DNA from: Savitreella phatthalungensis
Taxonomy: Eukaryota
Direction: 5' to 3'
Assembly (NCBI GenBank): GCA_051599415.1
Contig: AP039706.1
Location: 62,001-126,000 of the forward strand
Length of the DNA stretch: 64,000 bases
Part shown: piece after piece, positions 21,794-33,100 of the stretch
Layout of the letters: each line of letters starts with the position of its first letter
How positions within the stretch are numbered: the first letter of the stretch is position 1
Notes under the pieces: model-generated
What the model saw: only the letters and a program-made list of their open reading frames with translations
The model's database searches: none
What the model was told of the DNA's origin: nothing
Position numbers and translations under genes: made by a program

Positions 21794-24700
21794 ATGAGTA
21801 GTACAGGGACAGGTGCAGGAGCCAGGAAGCTGGTCAGGCCTGCAAGCGCCATGGCTAGTCACTCTCGCGTCCCCTCTACATCAGCAACCACCTCATCATC
21901 ATCACGGCCTGCATCACGTACTGCAACAGGTCGCTCTTCGCCAACACTAGAGAGTATCCCGGCCAGCAGACGTGCACCGCCATCAGGAGCTAGCACAGAC
22001 CGCAAGGTCAGTGGATCTGTCCCATACACTTCCCGGCCACAGAGCGAGCGGACAGCATCAACCGCCTCCACACATAGCATGAATCCTCCAGCAGCAAGTG
22101 TTCCATCCAACACCACCTCCCACAACGTCGGCATGCGCGCAGAACAACTGTCCCGTGAAGTTGCTGCTCCACCTGGCGAGACCAATATTCAGGTCGTCGT
22201 CCGTTGCCGTGACCGAAATGAGCGTGAGCGCCAGGAAAACTCCTCAGTCATCATCTCTACTCAGGTTGAGGGAGGTCAGGGCAAGGCAATCAGCGTCCAG
22301 ACATCTCCTCTCAGCACCCTCTCCAATAAGATCTACAACTTTGACCGCGTCTACGGAGCGGAATCCACCCAGTCAATGCTCTTCGACGAGACAGTCGTCC
22401 CCATCGTCGACGAAATGCTCGGCGGCTACAACTGTACCATCTTCGCTTACGGCCAGACGGGTACCGGCAAGACATACACGATGAGCGGCGACATGAGCGA
22501 CTACTACGGTCGTGTGACCGAACAAGCAGGTATCATCCCGCGCACTCTCTACCGCGTCTTCAAGGAGTTGGATCGCGAAGATGACGCAGAGTACTCGGTC
22601 AAGTGTTCCTTCATCGAGCTCTACAATGAGGAGCTGCGTGATCTCCTCTCGACAGAAGGCGACGACAAGAAGTGCAAGATCTTTGACGACACTTCAAAGA
22701 AGGGTGGTGTCATCATCAACGGCATGGAGGAAGTCGCTGTCAAGGACGCCGCACATGGTGTCAAGATCCTCCAGGAAGGCAGTCGCCGGCGAGAGGTCGC
22801 CGCCACAAAGTGCAACGAGCTCTCTTCCCGCTCACACTCCGTCTTCACTATCACGGTCCACATCAAGCAGGCAACCGACGGCGAGGACATGCTTCGCGTT
22901 GGCAAGCTAAATCTGGTCGACCTGGCTGGTTCTGAGAACATTGGCCGCTCAGGTGCAGAAAACAAGCGCGCCCGTGAAGCAGGCATGATCAATCAGTCCC
23001 TTTTGACCCTCGGCCGTGTCATCAATGCCCTCGTCGATCGCTCACAGCACATCCCCTACCGCGAGTCAAAGCTCACTCGTCTGCTTCAAGATTCTCTTGG
23101 AGGTCGCACGAAGACCTGTATTGTCGCCACAATCTCCCCAGCCAAGGTCAACATGGACGAGACGGTCTCGACACTCGACTACGCCATCCGCGCGAAGAGT
23201 ATCAAGAACAAGCCACAACTCAACCAGATGATGACGAAGAAGGCCCTCATCAGAGACTACGTCGTCGAGATCGAGCGCCTCAAGGCAGACCTCGTCTCAA
23301 CGCGCCAGAAGAACGGCGTATACATGACTGAGGAGTCGCATGCGGAGCTCGTGGCCGCCAACGAGTCCAATAAGCTGCTAACAGAAGAGCAGGGCCGCAA
23401 GATTGAGGCGCTCAACTCTCAACTCGTCTCGGCGAAGGACCAATTCGAGTCAACAATGAACGAATACATCGAGTGCAAGCGTGCTCTCGCAGGCACAGAG
23501 AAGACCCTCTCAGAGACCTCCGACCGGCTGCAGCAAACCGACGCCCAGCTCGCAGAGACCTCGAGTAAATTGGCCGATGAAACTCTCCTCCGGCACGCAC
23601 ACCAGAAGACCGAGGGCGAGCTTGACACAGTAGCAAACTCGCTCAAGCGCACTCTCGATCAGACGCTCTCTCACGTCGGCGGTCTTCACGACAAGGTCGA
23701 TCGAAAACGCGTGGCACAGGAGTCCGATGTGCGCCGGTGGCAAACGCGAGCGGCCACGCTTGCGGAAGTTGCAGACGTTCTCGCAAGAACAGCTGCGACG
23801 CAGACGCAAAAGCAGCAGGAGGGCATCACCAAGTTGACCACTCAGCTCTCCAGCTTCGTCGATGCAGAGCTGGCCCGGGTCCGGGCCTGCCACGACGCCG
23901 TCGAGTCCCAGCTCCAGGCCTTCGTCGACCGCAAGACTTCCCATGAGTCTGGTCTCCGGGAGGCCAAGTCCGAGCTGGATGTCCTGCTGGACGAGATCGC
24001 CATCGTCCGTGGGCAAGTGCGCGATCGTCTCGGCGAAGGGCTGACGGGGCTCGACAAGGCAGCCGGCCGGATTGCCGAAGAAGTCACAGCAAGTCTAGGC
24101 GATCTTCAGACCACAGTCCACGAGAGCTACTCGCAGCTCGGTCACGACTTCAAGGCAATCTTCGACGCAACGCAGCGTCACCTCGCTCAGCTGGCGGAAG
24201 AAATTGCAGGTCTCCGGACGCACATCGCGTCTAAAGCGCAGCTCGACGCTGACGAAGCCAACCACATCGCAGTCAGTCTCCAAGAGCAGCAGGAGGCGGA
24301 TGAACGCGAGCAGCGTTCAGCCGAGGAGGATTTCCTCGCCCAAGTTCAAAGACTCGCGGGCGACCTTGTCAACTCCCGCCGGAAGCGTGACGCCATGCGG
24401 CTCAACCTCGTCACAGAGTCATGTGCAGCGCTCACCCAGCGTCTCACGCACGATGCAGGAGAGACGGATACGCGTCTTGCGTCTTGGGCCACAGAAGATG
24501 ACACCTTCGGACGCCGGCTCGCGCAGGGCAAGGAGGAGCTCAAGCGCTTGGTCGTTGCTTCCGCGCGATCGGCCAATACGAAGACGGCTGAGATGCGCGA
24601 TGTCGCTGCCAACATCCACGCAGAGACCACGAGACTCGTCGCTGAAGCTGTAGGCAACGTCGACTCACAGACCTCTGCCCTCGAAGGCTTCGTATCCCGT

Positions 24701-25342
24701 GCCAAGCTCCTGACGTCCACCCAGTTCGAGCGCCATATCGCAGACCTCTCGCACATGCAGGACGCCGAAGCCGCCAGCGCCCTCCACCTCCAAGGCCAAT
24801 TTGCAGACACCGCAAGAGTTCTCACAGAGTGCGGCACCTTCGTCGCCACTTCCGCAGACTCACTGTCGACCTCTGCTCTCGCACAGAACACCGCGGCTGC
24901 CGATGCCGCCACCACGCTCGTCAACGCAATCCAGGAGCCGGTCGTCCAGCCTGATGCGCCAACAGGCCACACGCCGAAGAAGCAGGAGTGGCGATACGTG
25001 AGTTCGTGGGCGGTGACGGCACCACACGCGACCATCCTGGCGCGCGACGCCTCCATACACACCACCCCGCCGGCAGAAGACGCAGAGATGTCTGATCACC
25101 CAGCTACAACCCCAATCGACAACCGCACAGCCCTCTCAGACGTCGACCCCAACACCGCAGCCGTCGTCCCAGACGAAGATCTTGCGCATACCAAACAACG
25201 ATCTAACCTCCTCCCTCCGAAATCAGCAATCTCTCGTCTGCCGTCATCGTCGGCTCCACCAGAGAAGTCAGCAGCTGTTGCATCACTCGCAGTCGGTCAA
25301 GAGAACGGTCGGCCTCTGAAGACGCGCAAGCGAGTGCTATAG
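21794..25342 (+). CDS. cut7: Kinesin-5 (BimC/Cut7/Cin8 family) spindle motor
   Basis: Motor domain NIQVVVRCR, GQTGTGKTYTM, SSRSHSVF, LNLVDLAGSENIGRSGAENKRAREAGMINQSLLTLGRVI; coiled-coil stalk; BimC box PTGHTPKK. ATG at 21794 (MSSTGT). Confidence 0.95.
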   Translation: MSSTGTGAGARKLVRPASAMASHSRVPSTSATTSSSSRPASRTATGRSSPTLESIPASRRAPPSGASTDRKVSGSVPYTSRPQSERTASTASTHSMNPPAASVPSNTTSHNVGMRAEQLSREVAAPPGETNIQVVVRCRDRNERERQENSSVIISTQVEGGQGKAISVQTSPLSTLSNKIYNFDRVYGAESTQSMLFDETVVPIVDEMLGGYNCTIFAYGQTGTGKTYTMSGDMSDYYGRVTEQAGIIPRTLYRVFKELDREDDAEYSVKCSFIELYNEELRDLLSTEGDDKKCKIFDDTSKKGGVIINGMEEVAVKDAAHGVKILQEGSRRREVAATKCNELSSRSHSVFTITVHIKQATDGEDMLRVGKLNLVDLAGSENIGRSGAENKRAREAGMINQSLLTLGRVINALVDRSQHIPYRESKLTRLLQDSLGGRTKTCIVATISPAKVNMDETVSTLDYAIRAKSIKNKPQLNQMMTKKALIRDYVVEIERLKADLVSTRQKNGVYMTEESHAELVAANESNKLLTEEQGRKIEALNSQLVSAKDQFESTMNEYIECKRALAGTEKTLSETSDRLQQTDAQLAETSSKLADETLLRHAHQKTEGELDTVANSLKRTLDQTLSHVGGLHDKVDRKRVAQESDVRRWQTRAATLAEVADVLARTAATQTQKQQEGITKLTTQLSSFVDAELARVRACHDAVESQLQAFVDRKTSHESGLREAKSELDVLLDEIAIVRGQVRDRLGEGLTGLDKAAGRIAEEVTASLGDLQTTVHESYSQLGHDFKAIFDATQRHLAQLAEEIAGLRTHIASKAQLDADEANHIAVSLQEQQEADEREQRSAEEDFLAQVQRLAGDLVNSRRKRDAMRLNLVTESCAALTQRLTHDAGETDTRLASWATEDDTFGRRLAQGKEELKRLVVASARSANTKTAEMRDVAANIHAETTRLVAEAVGNVDSQTSALEGFVSRAKLLTSTQFERHIADLSHMQDAEAASALHLQGQFADTARVLTECGTFVATSADSLSTSALAQNTAAADAATTLVNAIQEPVVQPDAPTGHTPKKQEWRYVSSWAVTAPHATILARDASIHTTPPAEDAEMSDHPATTPIDNRTALSDVDPNTAAVVPDEDLAHTKQRSNLLPPKSAISRLPSSSAPPEKSAAVASLAVGQENGRPLKTRKRVL

Positions 25343-25444
25343 AAACCTCTCAAACCACCAAACTAATCACAACCCCTACATATGTACATAGTGAGTCAAC
25401 GGATGTAGGTCTCATATTCATACATATCTTCTCCAATACCCGAT

Positions 25445-27029
25445 CTACGAGGTATTCGATGTTGTGACAACCTCCCACATCGCGTCAATCACCTGTGACA
25501 GATCGAGTGCTGTCGATGCTGTTCCGCCGTGCCGAGACCTGTGTGATTGCGAGCACCGCGCATGAGACACCAGCAGGAGTTTCCTTAACGCCCGCCCGCT
25601 ACGAAACCCGTGACACTCGCCATGCTTACCTCCACCGACGCAAGCTCGCGCCAGTCGAGCCAGCCGGGCACCATCATCCTCAGGATCCGTCATCCCAACC
25701 ACCTGGGCCAGCTCCAAGCAATCCACAAAAACTTCCGCATCCCGATCGCCATCCGCACGCGCCACCACCAACCCACGCCGGACGGCTTCCACCACGGTTG
25801 ACCTCAAAATCGCATAAACGCCACTATGCCATCAGTCATATGGTCTTAACACAGGCGGACCGCTTACGCCTCGTCTGGGTGGCCGATGTACTGGACGAGG
25901 TCGGCGCGATCGATGAAGGCGCCGTCACTCGCGGCTAGGAAGTTGCTGGTCGCGAGGACGAGTACGTTCGTCCTGCCTGCGGCACGTAAGCTGTCGAGCC
26001 CACGGAGCAGCGTGTTCACCACCCGTGAACACTCACCAGGCTCACCCACCCGCCGAGCGTCAGCGCGATCGCCGCTGATCGATTCAACCTCGTCCAGCAT
26101 CACGCACACCAGCGTTTCCGTGTCTGCCGACAGCTCGAGAACCTCGTGAGCGTCAGTACGGTAAAGATGCCAAAGAAGAGTTGTACACACCTTGTCGAAT
26201 AATTGGTCCATCAGCTTCGAAGACTCGCTAAACCAGCGGCTGAACAAGTTGCATGCGTTCGCCTCCACCAGCAAGCATCTCGCGAACGAGCCCGAGAATC
26301 GCGTGGCGCATTTGTGTGCAAGTGCTACAGAAGTCAGTGGGTCGTTCGGTAGCATCAGGCATAATGTGATTGAAATCATACCGCGACACAAGGAAGTCTT
26401 GCCTGACCCGGGCGAGCCATGAAACAGGATAAGTCGATTACACGAGATGATTTGTTCATCAACGTTCACGTCAGAGAAGACCATAATGGATTCCACCAGA
26501 CGCTGCAAGTTGTCTTTCAGTCCATCAGTAAATCTTAAGCTCTCCCACAAACCGTCTGTGCCCGAATCAGTACACGTGTACCGTACACAAATAGCAGGGT
26601 TGAACTTTGCATACCTGTCTCTACCGCCGGCATCGCCGTCACCTGCGCCAGAACCTGACCGCGACCTTCCTGAGCATCTTCTCCTGCAGCAAATAGCATC
26701 GAGCGCTCGCTCTTGAGCGTGTACACGTGCACGGCTAGCTTGACAGCTTCCACACGAACGATCTCGTCGTCAGCGCCTGTGATCTCCGTCACCTGCGAGT
26801 CAGGTCAGTTTGGTGAGACCAAAGAACAGTCAAGCATACTTACGCAGATCCGGACAACGTCAGATCTCACCGCGCTGTTCAAGCACCGCAAGTCATCAAT
26901 CGTCATTCCAGCGTACATCCCAACACATGTCTCCAAAACGAACGTCACCACATACTTCTTGACCAAATCTAATCGCATCGTGGACTGCTTCTTCAGTGCA
27001 ACCTCGATCCGCACTGCAGGACGTGGCAT
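25445..27029 (-). CDS. PCH2: Pachytene checkpoint AAA+ ATPase Pch2/TRIP13, 6 exons: 27029-26844, 26792-26615, 26555-26382, 26324-26191, 26142-25868, 25823-25445
   Basis: The spliced product has DGLWESL, NRLILFHGSPGSGKTSLCRALAHK (Walker A), LFSRWFSESSKL, VMLDEVES (Walker B), RVVNTLL..LD, LATSN, AFIDRAD and SGRALRKL. All five introns are GT-AG with CTGAC/CTGAT branch points. Confidence 0.9.
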
Positions 27030-27387
27030 CGTCTCAAATCTGAGGTGGAGCGACTGAGAAGGGTGTCGATGTGTATTTGCACAGGAGAGGAGGAGTCGAT
27101 GAGCAGTGTCTATGAGGATGAGGAGGTGATAGTGGCGACTCAGGTGGCGGTCTCAAGTAGATTGATTGTTTGTGAGGTTGGGGGTAATTCTAGTAATTTG
27201 GTGAAATTCAGAACGAAGTTGATCACTACACTAAATACTGACAAAACCCATATTACTGTGGACTGCTCTACAAACGTCATCGGACAACCCATCTTCACCC
27301 TCTTCACCATCTACACATCACAACATAGTCAGCCAATAGACAAAAGACACTACCCAATTATCTCCGCAGTGTCGCACTGTCCTCGCT

Positions 27388-29808
27388 ATGAGCGTTCCGT
27401 GGTGGCCTTCAATCGGTAGTAACGGCACAGGCGGAGGCAGCGGTGGGAACGGCGGTGGAGGTGGCAGCTCTCCGGGAGATGATCCACGTCTGAAGCATTT
27501 GCGGAACGGGCCACTGCTTGGGACGCAGGTCCTGCTCGCCCTAGCGATTGGTATTCCTGCCTTTGCAACCTTCTGCGTTCTGCGGCGCAAGTGGGCAACA
27601 CTATATCAGAACAAACATCTGCGAGCCAAGAGACACAAGGCACCGCCCCTGCGCGACTCCCATCTCTCATGGCTGGTCGATCTATTCTACGTCACAGAAT
27701 CAGAGGTTCTCGCCTGCGCAGGGCTCGATGCCGTCGTCTTCATGTCATTCTTCAAGATGGCGATCCAGTTCCTCGCAACCGCAGCACTCGTAGGCATGTG
27801 CGTCATCGTCCCAGTGCGGTACAAGTACGGCGACAGTGGTGACGTTTGGGGCAATCTAACACTCTCTACAGACCATTCGCCGCGCAATCAATTCCAGCAG
27901 GCAATGATGCCGGACTCCATGCTCCCCTTAAAACACAAGCGCGAGGAAGACAAGAGCTGGCTATGGACGTATGCGGTCTTTGCGTACTTCTTCACGATGC
28001 TCGTCTGGTACTTCCTCGCCCAGCAGACTCGTCACATCTCCCGCGTTCGACAAGAGTATCTAGGCGGTCAATCCACCGTCACAGACAGAACAGTCAGACT
28101 CTCTGGCGTTCCGAAAGAGTTGCGAGACGAGCAGAAGCTGGCAGACCACATGCGAACCCTGAAGCTCGGTAAGGTTGAACAGGTCGTCATTTGTCGCGCT
28201 TGGGGTGAGCTCGACCGGCGGATGGAGGAGCGTAAGGTCGTCCTGCGTAAGCTCGAAGAAGCGTGGACCATCTACCTTGGTCCCTACCGCGTTCCTCGTG
28301 ATGCCGACACTTTGCCGATTGTTCAAGATCACGAGCACGAGACAGAAGAGCATGATCACGTTGTGTCCACTACTGGCAGGCATGCATCCATCAACGGCAA
28401 GAGGCTACCATCTGACGAGCGCCGGCCGACGATGCGTCTCGGCCCTTTCGGTCTCATCGGAAAAAAGGTCGACTGCATTGACTACTTCACTGTGAAGCTG
28501 CGCAAGATCGATGATGCTATCAACGGGCTTCGAGGTGACAGAACCTCCTTCAAAGCGACAACCACGGCCTTTGTCACATTCCGCACTGTGGAATCCGCCC
28601 AACTTGCCGCACAAGCAGTGCTTGATCCAGCGCCACTGAATCTCGTTGCACGGCTAGCCCCTGCTCCATCAGACATCATCTGGAAGAACGCCTACTTGAC
28701 GCGTTCAAGCCGGAGCATGCGACAATGGCTAGTCTTTGGCCTCGTCATCATTGTCACCGTCTTGTGGTTCATTCCAGTTGGTGCACTATCTGTGTTGCTA
28801 TCCCCCGAAGGCATTGCCAAACTATCTCCATCGGCGGCACAATTTCTAGACGATCACCCACTTATAACTTCCCTCACCATTGGCTTCTTGCCCACCTTGG
28901 CCTACACAATCTTCTTCTCCCTCGTGCCATTCATCTTCTCCTGGATGTCTGAGATTCAAGGATATCTCGACAGCGCTGAGGTTGAACTTCGTGAGGTCTC
29001 GAAAAACTTTGCTTTCATCTTCTTCAACTACTTCTTTGTCATCCTCATTGCCTCTTCCACCATTTCGATCTATGCGCTCTTTGACGAGACTTCCCAGATC
29101 CCCGCCCTTCTCGCCAAGATTTTACCTTCTCGATCAAAGTTCTATATCAACCTGATCGTCCTGCAGGGACTCGGCACCTTCCCATTCCGCCTTCTGGAGT
29201 TTGGCACCGTCTCGCTCTACCCGCTGTGGAAGGCTGGTTGCAAGACACCGCGCGACTATCACGAGCTCAAGAAAGGGCCAACTTTCAACTATGCCTTCTA
29301 CCTTCCTCAACCACTCTTCGTCTTCATTATCTGTGTCATCTACAGTATCATGTCGCCACCGATTTTGTGCTTTGGGCTCATCTTCTTCGTTGTCGGCTAC
29401 TTCGTCTTCAAATATCAGCTTCTCTACGCGATGGAGCATCCTCTCCACTCGACAGGCAAAATCTGGGGCATCATCTACTCGCGTATTGTTCTCGGGGTGG
29501 TCGTCTTCCAGCTCACTATGATTGGCTTACTCTCTGCTCAGCAGGCACTCCTCCCGACAGCAATCATCACACCCCTTCCCTTCCTCACCGTCATTGCCGC
29601 CTACAAATTCTGGCAGCAGTTCTCACCCTTATCAGACTACATCGCACTCCGCGTCATCGAGCGCGAAGAAGAGCGTCGGATGAGCACCACATCAGAAACT
29701 GTTGACGAAGAGCGTGAAGCTCAAGCAGAGTACGGACATCCGTATTTGAATGTCCCGCTAGACAAGCCGTGGACGCCATATGGGCTGCTTAATGAAGACC
29801 TAATGTAG
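27388..29808 (+). CDS. CSC1: Calcium-permeable stress-gated cation channel, CSC1/TMEM63/OSCA family
   Basis: AGLDAVVFMSFFKM, TVTDRTVRLSGVP, AFVTF, APAPSDIIWKN, multiple TM helices and FKYQLLYAMEHP.HSTG. Confidence 0.9.
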   Translation: MSVPWWPSIGSNGTGGGSGGNGGGGGSSPGDDPRLKHLRNGPLLGTQVLLALAIGIPAFATFCVLRRKWATLYQNKHLRAKRHKAPPLRDSHLSWLVDLFYVTESEVLACAGLDAVVFMSFFKMAIQFLATAALVGMCVIVPVRYKYGDSGDVWGNLTLSTDHSPRNQFQQAMMPDSMLPLKHKREEDKSWLWTYAVFAYFFTMLVWYFLAQQTRHISRVRQEYLGGQSTVTDRTVRLSGVPKELRDEQKLADHMRTLKLGKVEQVVICRAWGELDRRMEERKVVLRKLEEAWTIYLGPYRVPRDADTLPIVQDHEHETEEHDHVVSTTGRHASINGKRLPSDERRPTMRLGPFGLIGKKVDCIDYFTVKLRKIDDAINGLRGDRTSFKATTTAFVTFRTVESAQLAAQAVLDPAPLNLVARLAPAPSDIIWKNAYLTRSSRSMRQWLVFGLVIIVTVLWFIPVGALSVLLSPEGIAKLSPSAAQFLDDHPLITSLTIGFLPTLAYTIFFSLVPFIFSWMSEIQGYLDSAEVELREVSKNFAFIFFNYFFVILIASSTISIYALFDETSQIPALLAKILPSRSKFYINLIVLQGLGTFPFRLLEFGTVSLYPLWKAGCKTPRDYHELKKGPTFNYAFYLPQPLFVFIICVIYSIMSPPILCFGLIFFVVGYFVFKYQLLYAMEHPLHSTGKIWGIIYSRIVLGVVVFQLTMIGLLSAQQALLPTAIITPLPFLTVIAAYKFWQQFSPLSDYIALRVIEREEERRMSTTSETVDEEREAQAEYGHPYLNVPLDKPWTPYGLLNEDLM

Positions 29809-30101
29809 ACAGATCGAATAGACTGTACATCTCGCTATAACCTTCGAGTATCTTGGAGTGCCAGATCCGCGTACCTGATCCTCGAGCACCAGAGTCCTGC
29901 TGTTGAGCAGGCCGTATTGATCATTTCACTGATCACTTTTATGAATGCTGACATGGCAGAGAAGTGATTGATTGCCACATGACCAGGTCTGTATGACGTT
30001 ACTCAACACCACCTCTACTCTCCTCTGCACTTCTCCCAACAACACATCTCCAGACACCCGCATCTGGCGCCAAAAGCGTATTTCTGTGCTCTGAGCTCGA
30101 C

Positions 30102-33100
30102 ATGGGCAGCTCACTGGGCGCTGCCATACAGAGCGCCATCGACTTCTTCGGGAGTCTTGCTAAGCTGTGCAAGAGCAACAAGCGTGACAAGGCTATTGCA
30201 ATTGCTATGCTTCAATGTCAAGCAAGCTGCAGCAGTCGACTCGATAAAGCAGCAAGCGGTCTAGAGCATGCTGAGTTCGAGCAGGATATCCTGCCGCTTA
30301 CGAAGTCGCAGGAGCTCCTCAAGCACATAATCATTGTGCGCAAATGCGCAGCAGCTCGAGACAAGCTCAACGAGCATGAACATATGTTGCTGTGCCTCCT
30401 GAGCATTGTGCTCCGAACAACACTTCCCAAGCAAGAGAAACTCGCATGGTGCAAGGAAATATCGACGACGTGCTCTCTCTCAAATCAATCCTTGCCATTC
30501 GCGCACATCACAAACCTCGTGAGACTCATCATCCGTCTCATGCCTCAGCCCAAGAGCAACGAAGTCGTTCCAAGCGAGTGTCTTGATTTGCTTGTCGTAT
30601 TGCTTTTCAATTCAGGGGCGGTAGCAGCATGTCTTGACACCGAACCAGAGTGTCTACCTCTGCAGATGCTTTCGGAGCGCATGTTCTTGGCCACTTCATA
30701 TGGTGAGTTCATCAACATTGCTGCATTTCTCGGGCAACTATATTCAACAGATCACAGGATCCTCGAGACCCATGTCTTCTCTCAGACGCTCCGGAAGACA
30801 TGCTTGCCAGCGTTTCAAAAGCTCGAATGCTGCGAAACACGGTCAGAGCAGCTCGATGCCCTTCACTTAATCGATCATCAGCGTCACGACGACCCAGCGC
30901 GTGAATCTTTCCAGCGCTTTACTCCGAGCGCCGCACGCTATCGGAAGAAGAAGAGTAAGCTTGTGGACGCGGACTGGAGTATGGTCGTCATCTCACGCAC
31001 ACACTTCACATTTGGTAGTGACACTCGCGAGGAGTCTTGGCCACGCTTCGAGGATATCCCTCTCGATCAAATTCCAGACATCGTCAGAAGGGGACCACGC
31101 TCACTCATCGTGAAAGTCGAGCCTGAATTTTCTTCTCTGCTCGACTATCTCGAGCTAGAGTTTGCAACGCCCGAGGCAAGGAGTTCTTTGGCAAATCTAA
31201 TCACACTTCACAACGCCAACGTGCGCGTCTCCGTCACCGAACATGACGTCCATGTTACGGGCGCCTCGACTGAAGAAGACCTGGACCGCCGGAATTTACA
31301 TGTCCGTGACATGGCTGCAAGCGTCTCCTCAAAGAGCAACACGTCAACAAGTGCCGTTGAAAGCTCGAGTCCGCTTTCTGAAGTGCCAGAAGAAGGTGTT
31401 GTTCAGCCACCGTCCATCAACTCTTTGACTAAGAAGCGAGCGGCCTCAGAAGTGTCTCAGGACGAAGCGGATGAAGATCTGCCAAGCGACCCGACAACTG
31501 CTGCGACCAGAAAGAAGCCAATCACATACAAGGCTGCTCGCTTCAAGCAGAGAACACCTGCTAAGCATGATGTCGATGAGGCCAACAGCTACGATCGGCC
31601 GCCTTCAGGTGGCGATGACGATCCGATTGCCATCATTCATAAACCGAAGAAGCGTAGGAGCATGGTCCCAAAGAAGACGCCAAAGCGTCCACCGCTGCAG
31701 GACCCGCAGATTTCGGAAAGTGATGTTCCAGAGGGACCTTCTGGGCCACAAAGTCCACCGAGACGTTCTCAAATCGCGATTAGCAGAGGCGATTTGACAA
31801 AGACCAGCGCGGATAAGGCCCCGATCTTCAAACTACCGAAAGAGCCTGAACGCGCGCCGCCCGTCCAAGCCAAGCAGCCTGCTGCGATCATCAACGTCAA
31901 GGAAAGCGCCAAGCCGGTCGGTGTCGACTGGGATATGATCGGCAAACCCAAACCAGTACCAGCACTTAATGGAACGGGCTACGACAAAACGACCGACGCC
32001 AATTTGCAGTCGGATACTCGTCACGATGATCAAGAGGACCAAGACTTCCAGCAGTTCATGAATCCGCAGCCTGAGGACGAAGCTGCCGAGCCACATGCCG
32101 ATGCGACACTAGCATCAATCAGCCACGAAGCCCCAACACACACGAATGGTGGCACTGGCGACGTGAACGGTTATCAGCCTCAAGCTCAGGTCAAAGACTC
32201 ACTCAACAAGGAGCAACTCACTACATCTGAGCAACGCGTTGAACAACAGCCAGCTGAGCCAATCGGTCCGCACAACAATCAAGCAGTCAGCGCAGTTCCC
32301 GAGACAGTCATCAGCTCGGCGCCCAATGCAGAGCAATATGTAGCTCCGCCGTCTGAGCAAGCAGACCCTTCGTCGGAATCTATGGAACCAGTCGCTAGGG
32401 CTGCTTCACGCAAAGGCACAGGGCATATAGAGTCGCTGTCGACACAGGCGGAGGGGGCCCCGCAAGAGCTTGGAAAGAATAATCAGCCGCCCAGAATCGA
32501 ACTTGAGTCATCCACATCATCTAACGATGACAATACGCAAGTTGCAACGCAGCCAATCAAAATTGGCAAGACCAAATCACCTGTGAATCCCGAGAATCAA
32601 AAGGCAAAGACTTCAAAGCCGGAGACCGGGCTTTATGAGCGTCAAGGTTTAGCCGATAGGTCTGCTGCTATCAACGCGCTAGTGAAAAAGAAGTCTCCAA
32701 AGAACTCTAGCGGGAAGAGCCTTTTGTCAAAAGCCACAGTCGACGCCCGCTCGGCACATTTCCACACGCCAGTGGTGAAAGAGGAGATTCTTAAAGACCC
32801 TTTCAAGGACGATTCAGTCTATCGTCGTCGCCCGACAACTGCCGTGCAGCAGAAGCTTTTTGACGCGAAGTGGGAGAACTTCCAAGGGGACATTGACGAT
32901 CTGCGTGAGCGAACCAACGGTCTCGTCCGAGGCTCACTCAAGCGCATCCGTCCCATCACGATGACTTTCGATGACGACGAAGCGACTCACAATGAACCTC
33001 AACGAAAGCTTGGGCGTCTGAGCGACGTATCCTCGTCCACCACAGTCTCGTCGCCGCTGGGCAAGGAAACCCATTCCTTAAAGGACGGGCGAGCCACACG

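Noticed and set aside
25599..25629. Sixth PCH2 intron (GTAAGC...TAG)
   Set aside because: It is only 31 nt and splicing it gives an immediate stop, while the unspliced frame keeps the conserved SGRALRKL motif.
30703..30750. 48-nt in-frame intron (GTGAGT...CAG) in the axis-like gene
   Set aside because: No CTRAY branch point, and the unspliced sequence fits the recalled SYCP2-like helix. It is not excluded without RNA data.
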